A DNA stretch of 64,000 nt. Origin: a virus. A program made the position numbers and the translations under genes. Location: positions 124,802 to 188,801 of IMG/VR virus record IMGVR_UViG_3300022602_002120; one strand, written 5' to 3'. Under the pieces are notes generated by a model. The model was not told the origin of the DNA. It saw nothing but the letters and a program-made list of their open reading frames with translations, and did no database searches. Positions 1-9,464 of the stretch are shown piece after piece. Each line of letters starts with the position of its first letter. Within the stretch, counting starts at the first letter, position 1.

Positions 1-358
1 TACCCGTGACTAACTTACCAGTTTTAATAGTCTTCATTAGATGCTTCTTACGTTCCGCATCTTCCTTGGCTGTGCGCTTTGTATTATTAGTAAGTTTAAG
101 TGTCTCGTCATACTTGCGAGCCCACTCAATACCTTGTAGCCAATGATCAATAGCTTCAATAGTACCACTGAAGAAATAAGTGTCACGACTATAGTGCGGA
201 AAGTGATCGTCCTTGGGCTTTACGTAAATATCACTAGTACTACCAATGCTGATCCATGCGCTGGTATTGTAAGGCGTGTCCGCGAACATAAACCCAAGTT
301 GGTTAGCTTTGGCTTCTACGCTCTTCATACGCTGCATGTCGTTCCATGTTAATGCCAT
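1..358 (-). CDS. hypothetical protein (partial, runs off window start)
   Basis: Manually translated open frame MALTWNDMQRMKSVEAK... starting at 358, overlapping the upstream stop (TAATG); no stop before position 1; not in ORF track. Confidence 0.7.
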   Translation of the reverse strand, partial: MALTWNDMQRMKSVEAKANQLGFMFADTPYNTSAWISIGSTSDIYVKPKDDHFPHYSRDTYFFSGTIEAIDHWLQGIEWARKYDETLKLTNNTKRTAKEDAERKKHLMKTIKTGKLVTG

Positions 359-588
359 TATACTACCTTTCCTAATACAGTGCTGATTAATTCATCTACT
401 AGATGATCATAAGGTTGCCCACGAACGTGTTTGGCCATGTAGATATCTTGTACTATCTCGTTACCATTTGGACCAGACCACATAGAGCCAGTGGTAGACT
501 TACGCTTCTTAAGTTCTTCAACTAGATCCTCAGTTTCAAAGTCATCTAGGTCAACCCAAACTTCTTCTTCAACGGTTACGTATGGCAT
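358..588 (-). CDS. hypothetical protein
   Basis: 76 aa ORF with SD GGAG, coupled to neighbours by 1-nt stop/start overlaps. Confidence 0.75.
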   Translation of the reverse strand: MPYVTVEEEVWVDLDDFETEDLVEELKKRKSTTGSMWSGPNGNEIVQDIYMAKHVRGQPYDHLVDELISTVLGKVV

Positions 589-1082
589 TATTTCTTCTCC
601 AATTCTTTTAAAAAGTCTTCTGCTAAAGCCGTGCTAGCACTTGAACCTTTATAGCCAGAATCATCACCAGCAGACCACTTCTTAATATCACCCCAATCTG
701 TTGAACTTGACCAACTTGGACCCCACATAGGCGTTGGTTTAGTTGGATCGTTGGGATTGACCCACGGTGTAGTTGGTGGTTGGTATGGCGGAGTAAATGG
801 CTCAACTTTTTGTTTTTGTTGATTCCACTGTATCTTACGCATATCATCTTCTAAACTACTTAAACGGCGTGCTAGATTGTGATAGTCTTCAAACACACGT
901 GCTAGCGGACCGTTCTTTAGCATTTGATCAGGATGTTCCGCTGTACACAGCACAGTTATAGTCATTAACGCACGTAAGGCGTCCTTAATGCGTTGATCGT
1001 CTGACTCAAGTGCTTGGTCAATAATGCTTACAATCTGTTCAAGATCGAAGTCTTTTTGGTCTTTCATTCTGCCTGTGCTCAT
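588..1082 (-). CDS. hypothetical protein, Pro-rich C-terminal half
   Basis: 164 aa ORF in tightly packed minus-strand array. Confidence 0.75.
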   Translation of the reverse strand: MSTGRMKDQKDFDLEQIVSIIDQALESDDQRIKDALRALMTITVLCTAEHPDQMLKNGPLARVFEDYHNLARRLSSLEDDMRKIQWNQQKQKVEPFTPPYQPPTTPWVNPNDPTKPTPMWGPSWSSSTDWGDIKKWSAGDDSGYKGSSASTALAEDFLKELEKK

Positions 1083-1085
1083 AGT

Positions 1086-1325
1086 TTAGTGCCTCGTATT
1101 GCCTGCTGTTAAAATTGGTAGTAGTTCTAGTACTTCTTCGTCGATGTCTTCGAATTCATCAACTGGTATAGCACGTTCTGCCAATTCACCACTGGCAGCC
1201 ATCTCTTGAATTGTAGCCACAAGCTCATCTAACTCTTCTTGTGTGCCTTCAAAATCATCAAAGCAACCTTCAGCAAAGGTAACTTTCATTGGTTTGTTTT
1301 CATCATTGTTATCTTGTTCGCTCAT
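1086..1325 (-). CDS. acidic hypothetical protein
   Basis: 79 aa ORF, SD GGAGG, ATGA overlap with upstream gene. Confidence 0.75.
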   Translation of the reverse strand: MSEQDNNDENKPMKVTFAEGCFDDFEGTQEELDELVATIQEMAASGELAERAIPVDEFEDIDEEVLELLPILTAGNTRH

Positions 1326-1480
1326 TTTGCCTCCATGTCGTTAAGTACACCTTGTAAAAACTGCTCAATCTCTTTAGCTAACGGGTTATTAGCTTTACGT
1401 AGCTCTTGTTCTGCTTGCGCTAGGAACATACAAGCTACTCTAAATTGTAAACTACTACTCCTCGGATCCATCGCTGGCAT
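1322..1480 (-). CDS. hypothetical protein
   Basis: Start moved to ATG 1480 (GAGGA SD upstream); start uncertain. Confidence 0.6.
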   Translation of the reverse strand: MPAMDPRSSSLQFRVACMFLAQAEQELRKANNPLAKEIEQFLQGVLNDMEAK

Positions 1481-1673
1481 AATTGTCCTCTTGTAAAAAT
1501 TCACGTAATGGTGTTACCAGTAACGGCAAACACAACAAACCAATCCAGGCAAACTGCGCTACTGTAAACCATATAGACTTATAATTAACAGTAGCTAATA
1601 AAACCACAGCTACTTCGAAATAGAATAAAGTAGACCAAAATAACCAAAGTTCAAATGGTTTAAACTTTATCAT
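1455..1673 (-). CDS. small membrane protein
   Basis: 72 aa with two hydrophobic stretches. Confidence 0.6.
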   Translation of the reverse strand: MIKFKPFELWLFWSTLFYFEVAVVLLATVNYKSIWFTVAQFAWIGLLCLPLLVTPLREFLQEDNYASDGSEE

Positions 1674-1968
1674 ATTGATCCTCTGCTAGCTTATTAAAAA
1701 GGTTAAGGGCAACGGCTGTTTCTTTAACCTTCTCGACACCTGCCAATACTTCTTGTAATTGTTTGATGGTTTGGTTCAAATGTTTCCCATCTAAATTACG
1801 CACCCAGAGTGAGGCTTTGATAATACGAGCAAGGTCGATTTCTTCCCCAACTTTAATATCGTCGGAGTCGATATCGTACGCATGTTCTAAACCAACCATT
1901 AGAGCAAGTTCATCGCGACTTAATTCGCAGAAGAACTTGTTCTCGTCTACCTTAGCAATAATTTTCAT
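1660..1968 (-). CDS. hypothetical protein
   Basis: 102 aa, coupled to vWA gene by TAATG overlap. Confidence 0.75.
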   Translation of the reverse strand: MKIIAKVDENKFFCELSRDELALMVGLEHAYDIDSDDIKVGEEIDLARIIKASLWVRNLDGKHLNQTIKQLQEVLAGVEKVKETAVALNLFNKLAEDQYDKV

Positions 1969-3257
1969 TATGCGTATGCTTTCTTTTTCTCAAATTCATA
2001 GTAAGCAGTAATACCAAATGTTGCTTCTTCTTTGTTACCACCGTGTACTACAAACAGTGTGTCGCAGTAGTCTGGATCACCCCAACTGTCGCCGTAGTAA
2101 CCATCTGTAAACATCACAAACTTTTTAGGAACAATGTCGTTATCACGCATGTATTCCCAGTTACACATAAACATAGTACCGCCACCGCCACCTGGTTCCC
2201 ATTCCATGATGTCATCTAAGTTTTCAGGAGTGAACACTTGTGCGTTATACACACTAGTATCAAATGACCAAAGGTGTAAACGGAAACTTGTGTAAATTTC
2301 CATAATACCTTTAATTTCACTTAGAATATCACGCAACATTTCATCTGTCATAGAACCTGATGCGTCAATTGACACACAGATATCAATTTCTTTGTCAAAG
2401 TCGCTACCTGGCATAACAGCATCCATGTCCCAACCTTTACGTGACGCACGTTGCCATGTGTAGTCTGTACGCATTGTGCTTTGGATTTGTTGCTGTAACA
2501 AACTACGCCAATCTAGTTGAGGCGCTGTAAGATCTTTAATTAATCTACGTACACCTGCTGGCAATTGACCTGCTTGGCAAGTCTGAGCCGCAGCCATCAT
2601 AGCTTCTTTGATCTCGTCACGGATCTGTTTCTTTTCTTCTTCAGAAAGTTTAGGACGACCTTTGCCATCTTTGTCGCTAGGTGTGCTACCACCATCTTCA
2701 TCACCATCGCCGTCGCTGTCACCTTCACCGTCTAAGTGTTCGTCGATTAGCATTTTTTCTAAGTCATCAATGCTGATTTTCTTAGCATTTTTCATTAGGT
2801 CATCATATACTTCTTCAGCTGACCAACCTTTATATTTGCTATCAAACAATCCAACAGGAATCTTTTCACCAATGCGTTGATCCAACAAGTCTTGATTTAC
2901 ACAGTAATCGTCGGCAATATTCCAAATACGTGGGTCACGTTCACCTCTACGTCCCATGTGGTCGTATACACAGTGTAGTACCTCATGCCCCATTAAAAAT
3001 TCTACTTGTTTACTAGGCATTTTGTTAATAAATTCACTGTTATAGTAAAACATACGCCCGTCAGTAGCCGCAGTAGGACACCATTCATCTGCGTTTACTA
3101 ATTTTAAACGTGTTGCTAGGTTACCAAAAAATGGCGCCTTAAGTAATAGCGCAATTCTAGCAGTAATAAGTTTTTCACGTACTTTAGCATCAGTTTGTGC
3201 GTTAGTAACCGTACCCTTAAAACCTTTATCTTTTTGTGCTGTAGTGTTAGTTGCCAT
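1968..3257 (-). CDS. vWA-domain protein with N-terminal HExxH metallopeptidase-like domain (DUF2201-type MoxR partner)
   Basis: HEVLH zinc motif, acidic linker, MIDAS-like IDASGSM, GGGGT, FTDGY; start reassigned to MATNTT (3257) downstream of a sigma70 promoter. Confidence 0.85.
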   Translation of the reverse strand: MATNTTAQKDKGFKGTVTNAQTDAKVREKLITARIALLLKAPFFGNLATRLKLVNADEWCPTAATDGRMFYYNSEFINKMPSKQVEFLMGHEVLHCVYDHMGRRGERDPRIWNIADDYCVNQDLLDQRIGEKIPVGLFDSKYKGWSAEEVYDDLMKNAKKISIDDLEKMLIDEHLDGEGDSDGDGDEDGGSTPSDKDGKGRPKLSEEEKKQIRDEIKEAMMAAAQTCQAGQLPAGVRRLIKDLTAPQLDWRSLLQQQIQSTMRTDYTWQRASRKGWDMDAVMPGSDFDKEIDICVSIDASGSMTDEMLRDILSEIKGIMEIYTSFRLHLWSFDTSVYNAQVFTPENLDDIMEWEPGGGGGTMFMCNWEYMRDNDIVPKKFVMFTDGYYGDSWGDPDYCDTLFVVHGGNKEEATFGITAYYEFEKKKAYA

Positions 3258-3285
3258 TTGTTTACCTTTCTCATTTAATGTCTCT

Positions 3286-3314
3286 ATTATACTATCAATT
3301 CTGCTAGTTGTCAA
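3286..3314 (-). promoter_or_regulatory. sigma70-type early promoter
   Basis: TTGACA-N17-TATAAT on minus strand. Confidence 0.85.
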
Positions 3315-3625
3315 GCTGAATTTACTAGTAAAAAGAAGTCTAAGGCCTTTTCTGTTACGTAGATTCTTAAATTATTGTGTTCAGTTTGCCAAGCCCACAA
3401 CGGAGTTTCCTCAACAACCTCTGGCATCTTACCAACCTTACCAAGTTCACAACTTGGACCAAACTTTTCCCAGAACCAAACACGTGCTCGGAGAAAGTTT
3501 ACTTCATTGTTTTGAATACCGCCACCAAAGACACCGCGAGTATAGACAAAAAAGTTTATATAATGCGTGAAAAATTCACGTCCGGTATGTCTACCATCCA
3601 TCTTAGTTACTTTAAAATTACTCAT
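3311..3625 (-). CDS. hypothetical protein
   Basis: 104 aa ORF between MoxR and vWA genes. Confidence 0.7.
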   Translation of the reverse strand: MSNFKVTKMDGRHTGREFFTHYINFFVYTRGVFGGGIQNNEVNFLRARVWFWEKFGPSCELGKVGKMPEVVEETPLWAWQTEHNNLRIYVTEKALDFFLLVNSA

Positions 3626-3630
3626 AATGT

Positions 3631-3654
3631 AAAAAGCCCCTTGCGGGGCTTTTC
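3631..3654 (-). terminator. intrinsic terminator (possibly bidirectional)
   Basis: AAAAGCCCC-GCAA-GGGGCTTTTT hairpin right after MoxR stop. Confidence 0.8.
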
Positions 3655-3659
3655 CTCTA

Positions 3660-4745
3660 CTATGCTACAGCCTGTACAATGTACTTGCCAAAGCGTTTGT
3701 GGAACTCATCAAACGTTTTAAGTTTGTTAGGAACAAACGGCAAGTTGTATACAGTAAGTGCTACACGTGCGCCCATAACTGTTAACTCTGTGGTAAAGTT
3801 CTCCATCATGAACTTGAAGAAGTTATCAGCATAATCATGCCATTTATCTTTGTCTGCTTCTTTGTCTTTTAAGTCTTTCAACTCATAACACATAGAAATT
3901 GTCAAAGAATACATAGCTGAGATTTCTTTAACTTTAAGTTCTTTAACCTTACCTTCAAGTACGTCACGTGGGTTAGGCATTTGTCCTGCTACCTTACGGT
4001 GCGCCATAAACTTAACTGCTGTACCTTCACCTACTGTACCTGCTACTAAGTCAGTTTCAATGTTAGTAGGCAAGTTACCTTCTAGCAATTCACTAACGAA
4101 AGTCCATGAACGAGGTGTAGCAAACGCACGACTTGAATCTTTTGGATCAAAGTTAAACAAGTCTTGTTTAGCAAATGACACATAACCTACAACGTCTTTG
4201 TGTACACCTGCTGTAACAGCCCATTTTTGCCACGCATCAAAGTCTGGACGCATTTCCAAGTGGATGAAACGGTTAGCTAGTGGACTAGGCATTTTAAACG
4301 TAATACCCTTGTCACCTTCTCTGTTACCTGCCGCAATCATAACAACGTTCTTAGGCAATACATACTTACCTACACGACGGTTAAGGATCAATTGGTACGC
4401 TGCAGCCTGTACGCTAGGAGCCGCACTGTTCATTTCATCAAAGAACAATACTACTACAGGATGTTTAGCAGCCATTTCTTCACTTGGCAAGTCAATTGGA
4501 GGTGCCCAATCCATCAAGCCTAAATCTTTATTGTAAAACGGAATACCACGGATATCTGTTGGGTCCATTTGTCCTAGGCGCAAGTCAATCATAGTACCAC
4601 CCATCTCTTTAGTGATGCTTTCTACTAGTTCTGACTTACCAATACCTGGAGGACCCCATAGGAACACTGGGCGTTGTTTGTTAAAGCATTGTAGTAATGC
4701 TACACGTGCTTCTTCTGAGGTTACTGTACGATTTTCTGTTGCCAT
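3660..4745 (-). CDS. MoxR-family AAA+ ATPase
   Basis: Walker A GPPGIGKS, Walker B FFDEMN, AAGN, LANRF arginine finger, TPRSW. Confidence 0.9.
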   Translation of the reverse strand: MATENRTVTSEEARVALLQCFNKQRPVFLWGPPGIGKSELVESITKEMGGTMIDLRLGQMDPTDIRGIPFYNKDLGLMDWAPPIDLPSEEMAAKHPVVVLFFDEMNSAAPSVQAAAYQLILNRRVGKYVLPKNVVMIAAGNREGDKGITFKMPSPLANRFIHLEMRPDFDAWQKWAVTAGVHKDVVGYVSFAKQDLFNFDPKDSSRAFATPRSWTFVSELLEGNLPTNIETDLVAGTVGEGTAVKFMAHRKVAGQMPNPRDVLEGKVKELKVKEISAMYSLTISMCYELKDLKDKEADKDKWHDYADNFFKFMMENFTTELTVMGARVALTVYNLPFVPNKLKTFDEFHKRFGKYIVQAVA

Positions 4746-4790
4746 TTTTGCCCCTATCTCTAATTAAATTAACTTACTAACAAAAAAACA

Positions 4791-4819
4791 ATTGTACTAT
4801 CAAATTTCACTTTTGTCAA
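4791..4819 (-). promoter_or_regulatory. sigma70-type early promoter
   Basis: TTGACA-N17-TACAAT. Confidence 0.8.
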
Positions 4820-4824
4820 CTACT

Positions 4825-4995
4825 TTATGCAGGTGCAAACATTCTAGCACCTTCAGCCATAAACTTTCTATAATCTTCACGCATAGTTTGTGGAAACAAG
4901 CCTAATTCTGTGCCCATTTTATCTAAGCCAACTAACAAATCACCGTTACCTTCGAACCGTGCTTGTTCGATTAAATCAGGTAAATTATTAAACAT
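4825..4995 (-). CDS. small hypothetical protein (56 aa)
   Basis: Manually translated MFNNLPDLIEQARFEG...MFAPA; SD AGGAG; has its own promoter; below ORF-track cutoff. Confidence 0.75.
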   Translation of the reverse strand: MFNNLPDLIEQARFEGNGDLLVGLDKMGTELGLFPQTMREDYRKFMAEGARMFAPA

Positions 4996-5028
4996 TTATT
5001 GCTCCTGTGTTGTTAGTGTATGTGTAAC

Positions 5029-5057
5029 ATTATACACTCAAACTAACCAAAAGTCAA
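5029..5057 (-). promoter_or_regulatory. sigma70-type early promoter
   Basis: TTGACT-N17-TATAAT. Confidence 0.8.
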
Positions 5058-5060
5058 GCA

Positions 5061-5408
5061 CTAAAGGCTCTGATTGTCTAGATATTGTTGTAGATTGTTT
5101 GCGTGTAGGGCTAACATCATAGCGTCACGCTCGCTGACGATGTGTATGGTCTTGCGGTTTTGTACGTAGTAAGGTTCTTTGAACCAACGTTCAAGTTGTA
5201 AAAAGGTCTTGGGTTTTATGTCGTGTATTAATTCAAACTTATGGAACTTAACATGTTTGCGTATGGTTAAGTATGCCTTTTGCGTTAGTCTAAGACTGTT
5301 ATGATTGGTTGGATTATACCACCAACTACTAGGACTTACAGATAATGGCGCTAACTCGTAATACTTAGCATGCCATTCTCCTTGCGGGGTTCCGTCACGT
5401 TTGGACAT
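5061..5408 (-). CDS. hypothetical protein
   Basis: 115 aa ORF. Confidence 0.7.
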   Translation of the reverse strand: MSKRDGTPQGEWHAKYYELAPLSVSPSSWWYNPTNHNSLRLTQKAYLTIRKHVKFHKFELIHDIKPKTFLQLERWFKEPYYVQNRKTIHIVSERDAMMLALHANNLQQYLDNQSL

Positions 5409-5411
5409 GAT

Positions 5412-5699
5412 TTAGGGATAAATCTGATCGCCAGCTTTGAGTAAAACTACTGTAAATTTGTCTGATTTAAATAAGGTATTAAGTTTCTTAGCTAGATTAA
5501 TAGCATGCCCTGGATTACTAAATGATACTTTTTTATATTTAGGTCCTGGATAGGCTACTAGCATGTTCTGTGTTTTAAGGTTAATAGGTTGGTTATCATA
5601 AAACACCGCCCAGATGCCTTCAGAGTTAAGAATCTGATCACTCTTATAGTTTGATTTATTGACGTGCTCTAACAGCACTGTTGGTTTAGGTCTTGACAT
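5412..5699 (-). CDS. hypothetical protein
   Basis: 95 aa ORF, SD AGGAG, late-type ATAAATA upstream (5721-5726). Confidence 0.8.
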   Translation of the reverse strand: MSRPKPTVLLEHVNKSNYKSDQILNSEGIWAVFYDNQPINLKTQNMLVAYPGPKYKKVSFSNPGHAINLAKKLNTLFKSDKFTVVLLKAGDQIYP

Positions 5700-5732
5700 A
5701 ATATATGTGTTCTCCTAATATATTTATGCCAA

Positions 5733-6578
5733 TTAACTACGTAGATAATGTTTACTTTCAATCCATTTGGTTATTATTTCCAATGGGATGTTGTATTTTT
5801 GTAGTTGCATTGCTGTTATAGCTGTTTTATCCATACTAGTTATTCGTCGATGATGTTTCCAAACAGCTGATTTGTAACGGTCAAAATTCTCAACTACTTG
5901 CAATACATTTTGAATAGTATCAGTATCCCATATACCTCCGCTGGGCATGAACGCTTCTTCACTAAATTTTATAGTAGGAGTCGCATCTATTTTATACGTA
6001 TAATAATAGTAACTAGCAATTTCACTGGATGGATAAAATTCAGTCCAATCAGATAAATTATCAGTATATTTTTTGATAACATACGACCAATATCTACCCA
6101 ATTGCTCTACATTCCAAATCCAAGGAGTTATATTTAAAATAGCATTAAATTTATAATCAGTTAGCCCCATTGCAAGATGAACGTTGGGATAAAATTCATC
6201 GAAAAAGTTTGATATTTGTGTAATACAATAATTGTTAGCGTGTTTAAAATAACTTTCATCTATCGGTTTTAATAAAAAGTCTTTGCAGTCGAATACTATG
6301 ACATCTTGTACTGTATTATCTAAACTGTAAATAATTTTATTTAATTGTTGCAGATCAGAGCCGCCAAGATTAGGCATAATAAGACTGGGGATTAAGTTTA
6401 TGATCCAGTCATTGGAGAATGTTGATTCTATTAAATTTAACACACGATCTTTGATATTGCCCTGATAAATTATTGTAATATGTCTGCGCCCTTGCCAATT
6501 TTTATTCAAACAATAAATCATTAATTCAAATTGGGGTAAATCTTGGTCGTAGACTACAACCAACAACTTACTAGTCAT
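5733..6578 (-). CDS. putative glycosyltransferase-like protein (DUF6492-like)
   Basis: 281 aa, AT-rich, DxxD-like FDCKDF motif; family call by resemblance only. Confidence 0.45.
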   Translation of the reverse strand: MTSKLLVVVYDQDLPQFELMIYCLNKNWQGRRHITIIYQGNIKDRVLNLIESTFSNDWIINLIPSLIMPNLGGSDLQQLNKIIYSLDNTVQDVIVFDCKDFLLKPIDESYFKHANNYCITQISNFFDEFYPNVHLAMGLTDYKFNAILNITPWIWNVEQLGRYWSYVIKKYTDNLSDWTEFYPSSEIASYYYYTYKIDATPTIKFSEEAFMPSGGIWDTDTIQNVLQVVENFDRYKSAVWKHHRRITSMDKTAITAMQLQKYNIPLEIITKWIESKHYLRS

Positions 6579-6793
6579 TAAAATCCGCCACCTTTTACTT
6601 GAACACTAATAATCTCAGGTTCAGTTGAGTTAACTTCAGTAAGTGCTTGAATTTGTGTTAACAAGTCAAATATATCCGCTTGTAGTTGACGTGCTTCTGC
6701 GGCACTTAGTACTAGATCACGAGCATTAGTTTGATTTAAAACCTTAACGCGATCGTTAAATTTCCTCAGATGCAGGCTTAATAGTTGTTCCAT
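6578..6793 (-). CDS. hypothetical protein
   Basis: Start reassigned to MEQLL (GGAG SD). Confidence 0.7.
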   Translation of the reverse strand: MEQLLSLHLRKFNDRVKVLNQTNARDLVLSAAEARQLQADIFDLLTQIQALTEVNSTEPEIISVQVKGGGF

Positions 6794-7262
6794 GTAAGGC
6801 TCCGTTGGCAATGCGTAAACGCTCTTGCATTTCTTCAAATGTATCGTAAGGACCCGCGTAAGGATAACGATTTAATGTAATTAGTTTTGGGCAATATGAT
6901 TTGACCCACCCATTGTTAAATTTAACAATATAGTAACCTGCACTAAAGAAACTTTTACTTTTAGCACTTTTGGTAAAGATGGGCAACTTATGACGAACAT
7001 CCCAAAGAACATTGTGTGGCTTATGTTCACACGGATAATCATAGACTGTATATGGTTGTGTAAACGCACGCTTAGGTGGTGCCTTTTCTACTATGATATT
7101 ATAGCGATCACTTAGAAGTTTAAGGCTTTTAAACTGTTCACGCTGTTGATCATGCTGATATACTACCCCCGCTGGGTTAGCCATGATGGTACCAATTTTG
7201 ATACCACCATCCTCTACAATCCAACACTTGTTTTTTACAATTGATTTAGCAAGTAGCGACAT
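6756..7262 (-). CDS. hypothetical protein
   Basis: 168 aa ORF from MSLLAK. Confidence 0.75.
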   Translation of the reverse strand: MSLLAKSIVKNKCWIVEDGGIKIGTIMANPAGVVYQHDQQREQFKSLKLLSDRYNIIVEKAPPKRAFTQPYTVYDYPCEHKPHNVLWDVRHKLPIFTKSAKSKSFFSAGYYIVKFNNGWVKSYCPKLITLNRYPYAGPYDTFEEMQERLRIANGALHGTTIKPASEEI

Positions 7263-7611
7263 AGATAATTCCAATATAAGTTAGATAATGTAGAGCTTGG
7301 TCCAGACCAAGTAATATCCAAAATCTTCGATCAGCAGTGGTTAGATGTTTATTTAGCTGTTGTTTGTAGAAGTCTACATGATAGTGTATAAAGAAGTCCA
7401 CAGCCGCTAGCGCAATAATCTCATTGCCGTTATGGCAGAAGAACACTAGGATTAGGAATGTAAAGCTGGCATGTAGTAAGGCATGATGGATACCACCTGT
7501 AGCACCGTAGATACCTTTTTCTTTCAGCATGTACTCGAACTGCATTAAGAAGTCTGCTAGGAAATGCTTAATGCCAAATAGTGCTAATAGAATAAAAACA
7601 GTTGATGTCAT
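7246..7611 (-). CDS. DUF3307-like membrane protein
   Basis: KHFLADF...HALLH...HYHVD...DQALH His-rich hydrophobic pattern. Confidence 0.75.
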   Translation of the reverse strand: MTSTVFILLALFGIKHFLADFLMQFEYMLKEKGIYGATGGIHHALLHASFTFLILVFFCHNGNEIIALAAVDFFIHYHVDFYKQQLNKHLTTADRRFWILLGLDQALHYLTYIGIIYVATC

Positions 7612-7790
7612 AGTGTTTCCTTTTTGTTATAACAATCTATACACAATGAGTTAAGACCAGGACCGCCTACATGGGATATAGCCTTGCCACATTCGCAACA
7701 ATGTATAAATGCCTGTGTATAGATGTATCCACGAATGGGTGGATATATGGCAGTTCCATCGGCATGGTAACCTAATATTTCATCACTCAT
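7608..7790 (-). CDS. small Cys-containing protein
   Basis: 60 aa, CCECG and CIDC zinc-finger-like pairs. Confidence 0.6.
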   Translation of the reverse strand: MSDEILGYHADGTAIYPPIRGYIYTQAFIHCCECGKAISHVGGPGLNSLCIDCYNKKETL

Positions 7791-8028
7791 TAATTTCTAA
7801 TTCCTTATAAGTTACTTCCTGTGTTTCTGTACGCTTTACAATAACACACGCACCTTCTGCCCAAATAAGTTCTGCTTCAATTTCTTTCTCTAGAACCTTT
7901 TGAAACTCTGGACTAGCACGTCTACATGAGTGTGCGGCATCGAGTAAGCCTAGGACCAGCTCGCCCCAACTGTCGTTGCTTAATTCAGCACACTCATTTA
8001 AGAACTCTAAACGCTTAGGATCAATCAT
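7783..8028 (-). CDS. hypothetical protein
   Basis: Start reassigned to MIDPK just after queD stop. Confidence 0.65.
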   Translation of the reverse strand: MIDPKRLEFLNECAELSNDSWGELVLGLLDAAHSCRRASPEFQKVLEKEIEAELIWAEGACVIVKRTETQEVTYKELEINE

Positions 8029-8029
8029 A

Positions 8030-8578
8030 TTATCTAATGAAAGTGCTACGTGACTTAGGAGTTTCCCACCAATCAATTTGTTTAACAGTAACATCTAATT
8101 TAGACATTTTTGCTTCAACTAAGTTTGCCATCCAAGCACTTAAATTTTCACTTGTAGGAACAAAGTCAACTACTAGGAATCCTTCAAAATATTCGTATTC
8201 GGGTGTGTTTGGTTCTAATCCATCTAGGTTCAAATGCCAACCTGCTACCACATCTGTGTTAGGAACCATCACAGGTACTAGTTCACGATTGTCCACAATG
8301 CTGTCATACAAAGGATCACTCTTATCAATTACAAACTGATGATCAATATATTCATTAATCCATTTCTTTAACCATTCCAAATGACGGAAGTCAGTTACCA
8401 TGCCAGTACTATCTAAGTTACCTGTATTGCTTTGTAAGAATACCTGCATCTTACCTTCATGTCCATGTAAATGACGGCAAGCACACTTTAAATCTGCCGC
8501 ATATTCGCCATTTAGTTGTTGTGTCCACACACGATGCCCGTAGCAAAACTCGAAGGTCTTATCAATTATCCATGCCAT
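8030..8578 (-). CDS. queD: 6-carboxy-5,6,7,8-tetrahydropterin synthase (T-fold)
   Basis: GHRV...CRHLHGH metal/catalytic motif, PTSENL, WWETP. Confidence 0.9.
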   Translation of the reverse strand: MAWIIDKTFEFCYGHRVWTQQLNGEYAADLKCACRHLHGHEGKMQVFLQSNTGNLDSTGMVTDFRHLEWLKKWINEYIDHQFVIDKSDPLYDSIVDNRELVPVMVPNTDVVAGWHLNLDGLEPNTPEYEYFEGFLVVDFVPTSENLSAWMANLVEAKMSKLDVTVKQIDWWETPKSRSTFIR

Positions 8579-8604
8579 ATTTCTTTTCCTTTATCTATAT
8601 TACT

Positions 8605-8633
8605 ATTATATTTAGGTTTTTGTTTAAAGTCAA
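8605..8633 (-). promoter_or_regulatory. sigma70 promoter with nested TAAATA late motif upstream of queD
   Basis: TTGACT-N17-TATAAT; CTAAATA overlaps the -10 region. Confidence 0.75.
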
Positions 8634-8887
8634 GCATATTTTAGCACAAACGCTAAGTAGTCATTTTCGCTAGGAAAAACAATATCTACATCTCCGCCAT
8701 TGTATAAACTTTCACCATCAATGTGTGGAACAAACCGAACATTACATAGCTCTTCCCACATTTTTATTCTGTATTCATGAGGACAGTTTGGGTACTGTTC
8801 GAGCAGTTTATTATTAGCGTTTTGGATCACAGTACGTATTTTTTCAGCATCAATCCGATACTCTGTCCCCGTCTCAATGTTAAACAT
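8630..8887 (-). CDS. hypothetical protein
   Basis: About 85 aa ORF; start uncertain. Confidence 0.65.
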   Translation of the reverse strand: MFNIETGTEYRIDAEKIRTVIQNANNKLLEQYPNCPHEYRIKMWEELCNVRFVPHIDGESLYNGGDVDIVFPSENDYLAFVLKYA

Positions 8888-9464
8888 TCTTAGCATCCTC
8901 AACTAAGTATTCCATCTTGCGTTGACGATCAATTAACTTAAAGAAAAGTGCTAGAGTATTGGCCGCATCAACGTCTGCTCTGTGTGCTGTGCCCTTAAAG
9001 TGTAGTTTGAACGCACCCATAGCACTTGCTAATCCTCCACTGGGTTTTTTGTTCTTAGCAAACATTAGTAGAGTATAGAAGGTTTTAGTATCAATCCAAC
9101 GACGCCCAAAGTGAGGAAAGTCTACACACTTGTTACTGAACTCACTGAGTAGTTCGACACTATCCCCGCCACCCCAAGTAACGGGATTAACAAAACAATT
9201 ATGTTCTTTAATTAGAGCACCTAGCTCACGGGCCACAGTTTCGTGACTAACACTGTTAGCACGTATGTCACTGTCTGTAATACCAGTTAGACCAATGATA
9301 AAGTCGCTGATTGGTTCGTTTGGATCAATATACCATTTCTTAGTCAAATAGTTTTCAAAACGATCATCTGCCTTGCCGATGGCAATACCAACCTGAATGA
9401 TCTTACCACTCGGTTGGTTTAGTTCTAGATCTAATGCTAGGTACTTCTGATTTTTATCTATCAA
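8880..9464 (-). CDS. DEDDh 3'-5' exonuclease (DnaQ-like)
   Basis: ExoI LDLE, TGIT, ExoII WG...D, ExoIII HRADVDA. Confidence 0.88.
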   Translation of the reverse strand: MIDKNQKYLALDLELNQPSGKIIQVGIAIGKADDRFENYLTKKWYIDPNEPISDFIIGLTGITDSDIRANSVSHETVARELGALIKEHNCFVNPVTWGGGDSVELLSEFSNKCVDFPHFGRRWIDTKTFYTLLMFAKNKKPSGGLASAMGAFKLHFKGTAHRADVDAANTLALFFKLIDRQRKMEYLVEDAKNV

